A stretch of DNA of 64,000 nucleotides, from the NCBI GenBank assembly GCA_964016885.1, contig OZ024757.1, forward strand, positions 30,070,001 through 30,134,000, written 5' to 3'. The translations under genes and the position numbers were made by a program. Each line of letters begins with the position of its first letter. Position 1 is the stretch's first letter. This DNA is from Eledone cirrhosa (taxonomy: Eukaryota). Shown one piece after another: positions 57,097-64,000 of this stretch. The notes below the pieces were generated by a model. It was given only the letters and a program-made list of their open reading frames with translations. It was not told the origin of the DNA and did no database searches.

Positions 57097-57486
57097 CTTC
57101 TCTCTCTCTCTCTCTATCTGTCTCCCTCTGTGTTTTTTCCTCTCTCTATATATCTCTCTCTGTTTCTTTACATGAATTTCTTCTCTCTATCTATCTCTCT
57201 ATATCTATCTCTCTCTGTTTGGTTGCATGCGTTTCTTCTTTTTCTCCGTTTTTTCTTTTTTCTTTCTTTTTTTTTAATGGCTGTCCCTAATATTTTTTCC
57301 ACTACCAGTTCAACTTTTCAAATTGAAGTCGATGTTGAAAGGTATGCCGAATCTATCTATTTATGAGACTGTTTATATTGTATTTTGTCTGAGGAAGGCA
57401 TAGCATATTTTTAATATGATATCCCTGAAATATATATGATGAAATAGATATGGTTTTATAAATATAGTTTCCATTTATTTAATATC
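53612..57486 (+). mobile_element. Penelope-like retroelement PLE-2 (Naiad-like); 3' part A-to-G hypermutated; ends in a pLTR hammerhead (~57375-57450)
   Basis: Leader 53625-53710 and tail 57340-57486 match the pLTR family at 7822-8040 / 9190-9330; abuts (TA)n/(GT)n tracts. Confidence 0.85.
53715..55937 (+). CDS. PLE-2 reverse transcriptase / GIY-YIG endonuclease, 740 aa, uninterrupted
   Basis: RRIRWRA, SDKT, QLDIANYYSSI, TMGSSDSAQVTDLVG, GGLYRDD, NFLDVTL, CNC..CPL..C, YVG, CxxC..E and C-x-H motifs. Confidence 0.9.
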   Translation: MEFFKISSSLKDIPLPRNKEFIKQLIDKSDSFIRRIRWRAFHFDKSNINENVSDLDKVFKSKRNPPPNKLLFDFENDIISIIQGVKFKRNFKGQEYLKCIKDNIESLEKTEKILVKSDKTNNLYGVQKDMYNGLILKELRKKYKVADKAELEKLNVEASCIMHELEIENRTQPFMPRKPKINMKDHKSNFENDLPVRLIAPSKSDLGKLSKNILDRVIQQIKNLNRVPNLSLWKGTGEVVEWFKEIKYNNNNKFIQLDIANYYSSITPNLLDKALNYAFKHTDLTSNEMHIILSARKTLIEFNDQLWTRADGDNNFDITMGSSDSAQVTDLVGLFLINSLHRKIPGATGGLYRDDMLLLIENNNSELNRKRKQITQFFNYFNLKIEIENNHRIVNFLDVTLNLNTCLHYPFHKLNENLNYVSFNSNHPRSVKNTMVNSVRNRISRISSNKKIFDEKAQYYNEALARAGYSDKIMYIDNNRQTNQNNNNFNYGNNFNNYNKKHYNNSKSQKRNRTRNIIWFAPSFSLNIKTHIAKLFFDALGGRFPRTHRYHSVFNRHTVRLTYSSTKGLAQGINGKNGGNLKPSQNTDDSINNVQVGGCNCGDGSECPLNNGCLVGDIICNCNVETDLGSFGYVGSASAEFKLRYGGHGSSFTDPGRGSSASLSGLLWQLGRGGVGYSTAWSVVSRGIPFDSSSGTCGLCAEEVFFMLKSKGSLGLRTDLFGCCGHGLSSTFKYKCKFKM

Positions 57487-57487
57487 G

Positions 57488-57530
<43 letters not shown>

Positions 57531-57688
57531 ATGTATATTTGTGTTCGTGCGTCTGAGTATGTGTGTATATAGACAAAAGTAACTTAAGAACATCTGGACC
57601 TTTCGCAAGTATAAGTTCACGCATACACGCACAGACATGCATATACGTATATATATTAATATATAGTTTATATATACATATATATATA

Positions 57689-57786
<98 letters not shown>

Positions 57787-57816
57787 TATATATATATATA
57801 CACACACATATATATA

Positions 57817-57857
<41 letters not shown>

Positions 57858-57886
57858 TATATTTACGTATGTGTCTATCAACATAT

Positions 57887-57944
<58 letters not shown>

Positions 57945-58377
57945 GTATGGAGTGGGGGTATAAGCAGATATATGTTTACTTGGTGGGGAGAAATTTAAAG
58001 AGGAAAAAGCAAAGTAGATAGTTAGATAGATAGATAGAGTAACAGAGAATGATTGAGTTCACAGTTGGTTATATTCGGCTCTTACCACATGCTGTGCTAC
58101 TGAAACACAATACATACCCATGCACATACACTGACATACGCGCACACACATACATGTATGCATACGCATATATATATATATTTATATATATTTCTGTTTA
58201 TCTTTTATATGTGTATATCTATATATATATATAACGAAGGAAATGTGGTAAGGAACCAGATGGACCATAACGCACCAAAGTACTCAATACTTAGGGTAGT
58301 AGAGTGGGAAATAGGAACGAGTAGGACCCCGATATATATATATATTTCTGTTTTTCTTTTACACACACGCATACATA

Positions 58378-58429
<52 letters not shown>

Positions 58430-58641
58430 AAGGGAAGAAAGAGGAATACTGGGTGGTTGCACATGGGTTACATATTATATAATTAGTCCCTCATCAGTGA
58501 TTTGCCAACCATCATTGGTATTTCATCGCATTAAAAATCATATACCTCAGGTTGGTGCGAGCAATAACTAAAATAAGCTATTGGAACAAGTGAATCACGT
58601 AAAGCGAATGAGACAAGTAAACAACATAGAAGGAAAAGCAA

Positions 58642-58699
<58 letters not shown>

Positions 58700-59021
58700 G
58701 ATTAAAAGTTTAACAAGGTTCAAGGAGTTAATCAATGAATAAAGTTTTACAATATATTAGAAGCACTCTACAAAGGGTTTTCTGGAGTTATTAATATTAC
58801 TTCAAAATATTAATAAATATAGACTGCCATGACTGAATTATAACCATCAACACAGTCAAGGTATGTCAGACATCAATTTATTTTATCTGATGAGGACGTA
58901 CTGTTGAAATAGCTCAGTACCTCTGAAATATGTATAATAAAATATATTTGATCAGATGAAGGTCTATATTTATTAATATGTTGAAGTAATATATATATAT
59001 ATATATATGTGTGTGTGTATG

Positions 59022-59058
<37 letters not shown>

Positions 59059-59151
59059 TCTTTTACCTGTTCCAGCCATATCCGGTTGAGGCCATGCTGG
59101 GGCACCTTTTGTTGTTACACATTTTATCTCCAGCCTATGTTGGTTGGCCAC

Positions 59152-59190
<39 letters not shown>

Positions 59191-61176
59191 TATATACATT
59201 GGGAGCTGGACCAACCGTCGAACAGGACGCCACTGTGTGATGCCAAAGGTCCCGTCTTCCACATCTAGAATAAGGAGCAGATATTGCAATAGCCTGGCGT
59301 TCAAGGGCCCTCAACTCTTCAACAAGCTGTCAAGGGATCTGAGAGATCTGTATGATGTGGATGTTTTCAAGAAACATCTCGACACCTTGCTATCCAGGAT
59401 CCCGGATGAGCCCACAGCAAGGCACGAGGGAAACCTAAGGGTAGCAGCGACGAACTCCCTCTTGCACCAGTGGCCAACCAATACAGGCTGGAGATAAAAT
59501 GTGTAGCAACAAGGGCAGTGCCCCAGCATGGCCTCAGCCGGATGGCTGGAACAGGTAAAAGAGTAAAAGTGTATATATATACATATATATATAACAAAGA
59601 AAGTGGGGTAAGGAACCAGGTGGACTATAACGCACCAGAGTACTCGATACTTAGGTAGAGTTGGTAATAGGAAAAGAGTCAGGACCCCGACGGCTGAGCT
59701 CCGGCTGTTTCGACAGCTAGATCCGAACTGACCAGTAGTATTAGGACGGCAGGGACTTAGCTGAACTAGGGTACAGTCTATATATGGGCATGCAATCAAA
59801 ACACAGTGAAGGTATCATATCAAACAATCGTAAAAATTGTTGTTTTTCTTTTCTGTCACGGGGAGTGGTCAATGATTTGGGGATGCCATAGTTAAATTCC
59901 TTCAAAGCGGCGGGGATGGGGTGGCTGAACTTGCCTGTGGAACAAAGGGGAGGGAGTAAGATGACATTCCGACCTGTGGATGCGGGGGCGGTCATACGTT
60001 AAGAGAGAATTCTTTACAGCTATCTCTAATGGAGGTAAAATCATCATATGAGAATCAAGGAATGTTGTAGAGTGAAATTGAGTATGCCAGTCTAACATTT
60101 GGCTAAAGAGCAAAGCATATAGGAGTTAATACTAATTAAATTCCTAATTAATAAAATTTAGTTATTAGTTACTCTAATGCACTGGAACGGCACCTCAATG
60201 TAGTAATTTACCAATATTATCTTCCATAATGATACACCCATAAAAAAGACCATGGCTGTGTGTTCGGCTGGTACTATGTATATTTAACAAGAGTGAAAAT
60301 ATTTGGGTTAACCTAAGGAAGAATGGAAACTGAATATAATAGTGTAGATATGCAAAGATCCACCTAAGTGTAGTTAGAGTGTGTAACTAATGAAGAAAAA
60401 AAATGTATCTTGGTGTTGGTAATACCGGGTCTTAAAATCGCAAGCAGTTAATCCGATGTAGGCCTTGCTGGAGCTTTCCGTCCTCACGTTGCACTGGTTG
60501 ACCACGTTTCGTTCTCGGCATCTATTGTTGAGGGGGCACGATGGTCTATCCAGACAGTTACACCTCCTAGTTTGCTCATTGCTAATATCATTGTTGTTTC
60601 TCCTGTTAGAGAGGAGCTTTTTGTTGTTAGATGAAGCGATGTTTTGTGCAAAGTTAGGTGTAGTGCTGTAGGAAAGTTTAACAGTGTTTCTGTTGATGAT
60701 ATTGTGGTAGCGGTGTTGGGGTGGGAAGTGTTCATCGAGAAGTCTAAAGAAGATCTTGCCAATTGGTGTTGCAACCTCGGCATTGTGGGGAGGGTTAGAC
60801 CACGTTAGGTGGCGTGAGCGGCGGCGTCGCCTGATGGGTCCGCTAGAAGGGCCTGGATAATATGAAATGTCCTCCCGGAAGCCGCCTCTTTTCAGGGCCT
60901 GGTTGTAATATGGCGCGTGTTCGTTGAAATCTGCTCGTTGGCTGAAAAGGTTATCCCATGCAATCACTTTGACGTCTTCGAAATACGTATAACATGATTA
61001 TTTAATAAACAGGATGTAAACTTAAAACCGTGGTGTCTGGAGTTCTGTTTGCATGCCAACACGGGAGCAGGAATGAAGGGTTCATACTACTGACATGGCT
61101 TTAAAAATGAGGCTTGTATGTATAATGGCTAACGAATCGAATGTTATTAATATTTGAAAAACTCAGATTACATTTG

Positions 61177-61240
<64 letters not shown>

Positions 61241-61692
61241 CCACTCTCACCAAGCGTGAAACTAATAATACCTTATAACATTCACTCCTGCGTTTGTCTG
61301 TTTTTTTGTTTTAGGTTATTTCGAACTATATATATACGGTAATGTCGCTATCTTATGTTACTCGGATGTCTAAACGTCGTTATTCCGAAATCTGCACCAG
61401 TATCAGGTTTGTCCAGGGGCAAAAATAAATTAATAAAATATATCAAAAAATAAAAACTAATGGCAAAAGTAAAAATCAATCAAAAAATCTTTCAATAATC
61501 AATTTTAGAAATTTTATTTCGTTTCATGTAAATAATGAATATATATGCTGAATCAGCGTATATTACATTTAAGCTATAATTAGTATAGATATCATTGTGG
61601 ATTGTTTGTTTGTTTTTTTTAATTAAAAGCCTTCGCTGTGAAAAATGTAGTTATATCTACATTAAATTTTGTATAAATATCTGATTTTATTA

Positions 61693-61777
61693 TTATTTAC
61701 GTGGAGGAAAAAGGCTGCAATCCACCTTCTTTCCATTCAGGTAAAAGTCGAAGAAACAGCCATTGCAGTAGTTGGGT
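61693..61777 (-). CDS. Gene 3 (partial), exon B of the last module: PNYCNGCFFDFYLNGKKVDCSLFPP(RK*)
   Basis: Duplicate of 30379-30463. Confidence 0.72.
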
Positions 61778-62224
61778 CTGCAATGAAAATCGAGAAAATT
61801 AATATACAGTGAAATTCCGTTATGACGATATTCACGGAGTATAAAAGAAATTCGTACCAACGTATATTTCTTTATCGCGAGATCAACAGAAAACAAATCG
61901 AGATTTGTTTGTTATTACCTCGGGGATTGAAAAAAATCTCATTATACTGAAAAATTCGTTATGATGGAATTTTACCTGTAGTAGGAATCTGAAACACGAA
62001 AGTAGCTGTAAAACATTCCCATTCCTATTTTAGGCGACGAATAACCAAAGTCGTTAGAACGCTGAATGGAATGTTTTGTGGTATTCGTTCTGAGTTCAAA
62101 TCCCATTCGAGGTCAAATTTGCTTTTCATTCTTTCAGTGTTCAATTGCAGAGAATTCATTTTTAGAGGGGAGCATATTGTTGATTTAACCAATAAATTAT
62201 TTTATTTTATTTTATTTTACTCAC

Positions 62225-62303
62225 CTGCATACGGCCTTTGGATACTTCGGACATGTTTGAAAGCGACAAGGGTTATCACGGCATCGTACATACTTGCATT
62301 TCG
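62225..62303 (-). CDS. Gene 3, exon A: KCKYVRCRDNPCRFQTCPKYPKAVC
   Basis: 79 nt, AG / GTGAGT. Confidence 0.78.
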
Positions 62304-62368
62304 CTGAAATAAAAAATATATTATATATATATATATGTATGCATAAACATATATGCGTGTGTGTGTGT

Positions 62369-62446
<78 letters not shown>

Positions 62447-62453
62447 ATGTGTC

Positions 62454-62495
<42 letters not shown>

Positions 62496-62512
62496 GGAGT
62501 ATACATATATAG

Positions 62513-62573
<61 letters not shown>

Positions 62574-62766
62574 ATTTATTATATCTATATGTATGCATAA
62601 ACATATATATGTGGGGGGAGTATGTGCGTGTCTATCCCGGGTCCAATCGGATGTAACCACGATTAGTAAGGTACTCAATACATAGTAGAGTATATAATGT
62701 GCTTTCCTTGTTATTTCCTTCGAATGAAATAGTGCTAGTCCTGTAGAAGCTATTTCTATATTAAAC

Positions 62767-62818
<52 letters not shown>

Positions 62819-63044
62819 TATATAAAACAAAGAAGGTGTAGTAAGATATCGGGTGGACCATAATGCACCAGAGTACTCAATACTTAGGTTAGTAGAGTGG
62901 GTAATAGGAAAAGAGTCAGGACTCTGACGGCTGAGCTTTGGCCGTCTCGACAGCTAGATCCGAACTCCGATGTTCGGGTCTAGCTGACGAAACGGCCGGA
63001 GCTCAGCCGCCTGGGGTCCTGATTCTTTTCCTATAGATAGATAT

Positions 63045-63083
<39 letters not shown>

Positions 63084-63334
63084 TAAATTTTTCTAAGAGG
63101 TTCCTCACTGAGATTGAACCCCAGACTAACAACTCCACCGTCTCTAACAGCTACCACTAGTCCAACGAAACAGCTACATTACTCCAGTAGCATATCAAAA
63201 GCAAAAATGCCACAATATTCCACCTGTCTGAAGAGAACACACAAAAGCAATCACTTTGACGTCTTCGAAATACGTATAACAAGATTATTTAATAAACAGA
63301 GGATGTACACGTAAAATCGTCTCCCTTCTTTATA

Positions 63335-63367
<33 letters not shown>

Positions 63368-63760
63368 CATAATACGGTAATGTCGCTGTCTTATGTTACC
63401 CGGATGTCTAAACGTCGTTATTCCGAAGTCTACACCAGTATCAGGTTTGGCCAGGGGCAAAAATAAATTAATAAAATATATTAAAAAATAAAAAGTAATG
63501 GCAAAAATAAAAACGAATCAAAAAAATCTTTCAATGATGAATTTTAGATATGTTATTTTGTTTCATGTAAATAATAAATATATATGCTGAATCAGCGTAT
63601 ATTTGATTGAAGCTATATTTAGTATAGATATCATTATGGATTGTTTGTTTGTTTGTTTGTTTGTTTGTTTGTTTGTTTTAATTAAAAGCCTTCGCTGTGA
63701 AAAAATGTGGTTTTATCTGCATTAAATTTTGTATAAATATCTGATTTTATTATTATTTAC

Positions 63761-63837
63761 GTGGAGGAGAAAGGCTGCAATCCACCTTCTTTCCATTCAG
63801 GTAAAAGTCGAAGAAACAGCCATTGCAGTAGTTGGGT
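63761..63837 (-). CDS. Gene 3, exon B of the preceding module (gene continues beyond the window)
   Basis: 77 nt, AG / GTAAAT. Confidence 0.72.
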
Positions 63838-64000
63838 CTGCAATGAAAATCGAGAAAATTAATATACAGTGAAATTCCGTTATGACGATATTCACGGAGT
63901 ATAAAAGAAATTCGTACCAACCTATATTTCTTTATCGCGAGATCAACAGAAAACAAATCGAGATTTGTTTGTTATTACCTCGGGGATTGAAAAAAATCTC

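Overview
AT-rich, microsatellite-dense eukaryotic DNA; the SINE repertoire points to an octopus/cephalopod genome (inferred). Almost all listed ORFs are microsatellite artefacts. Four real layers were read from the sequence. (1) A minus-strand family of spliced genes, missed by the ORF track, encoding small secreted 8-Cys peptides. Gene 1 is complete (25812->22351, 79 aa). Gene 2 has a signal exon at 45.7/47.5 kb and four tandem two-exon 52-aa modules at 37.1->30.4 kb. Gene 3 is partial (61.7-63.8 kb) and lies in a recent duplicate offset by about 31.3 kb. The modules differ almost only in one putative reactive loop. (2) Two near full-length Penelope-like retroelements (RT + GIY-YIG, Naiad-like) at 47.8-53.4 kb and 53.6-57.5 kb. 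The second has an open 740-aa ORF whose 3' ~2 kb is heavily A-to-G hypermutated, as expected for an ADAR-edited RNA copied back into DNA. (3) About 20 hammerhead-ribozyme motifs from several PLE pLTR families, many in fold-back palindromes inside (TA)n. (4) SINEs, LINE 3' fragments (RTE, R4/Dong, Tx1-like, CR1/L2-like, Vingi-like), a MITE and Helitron-like ends.
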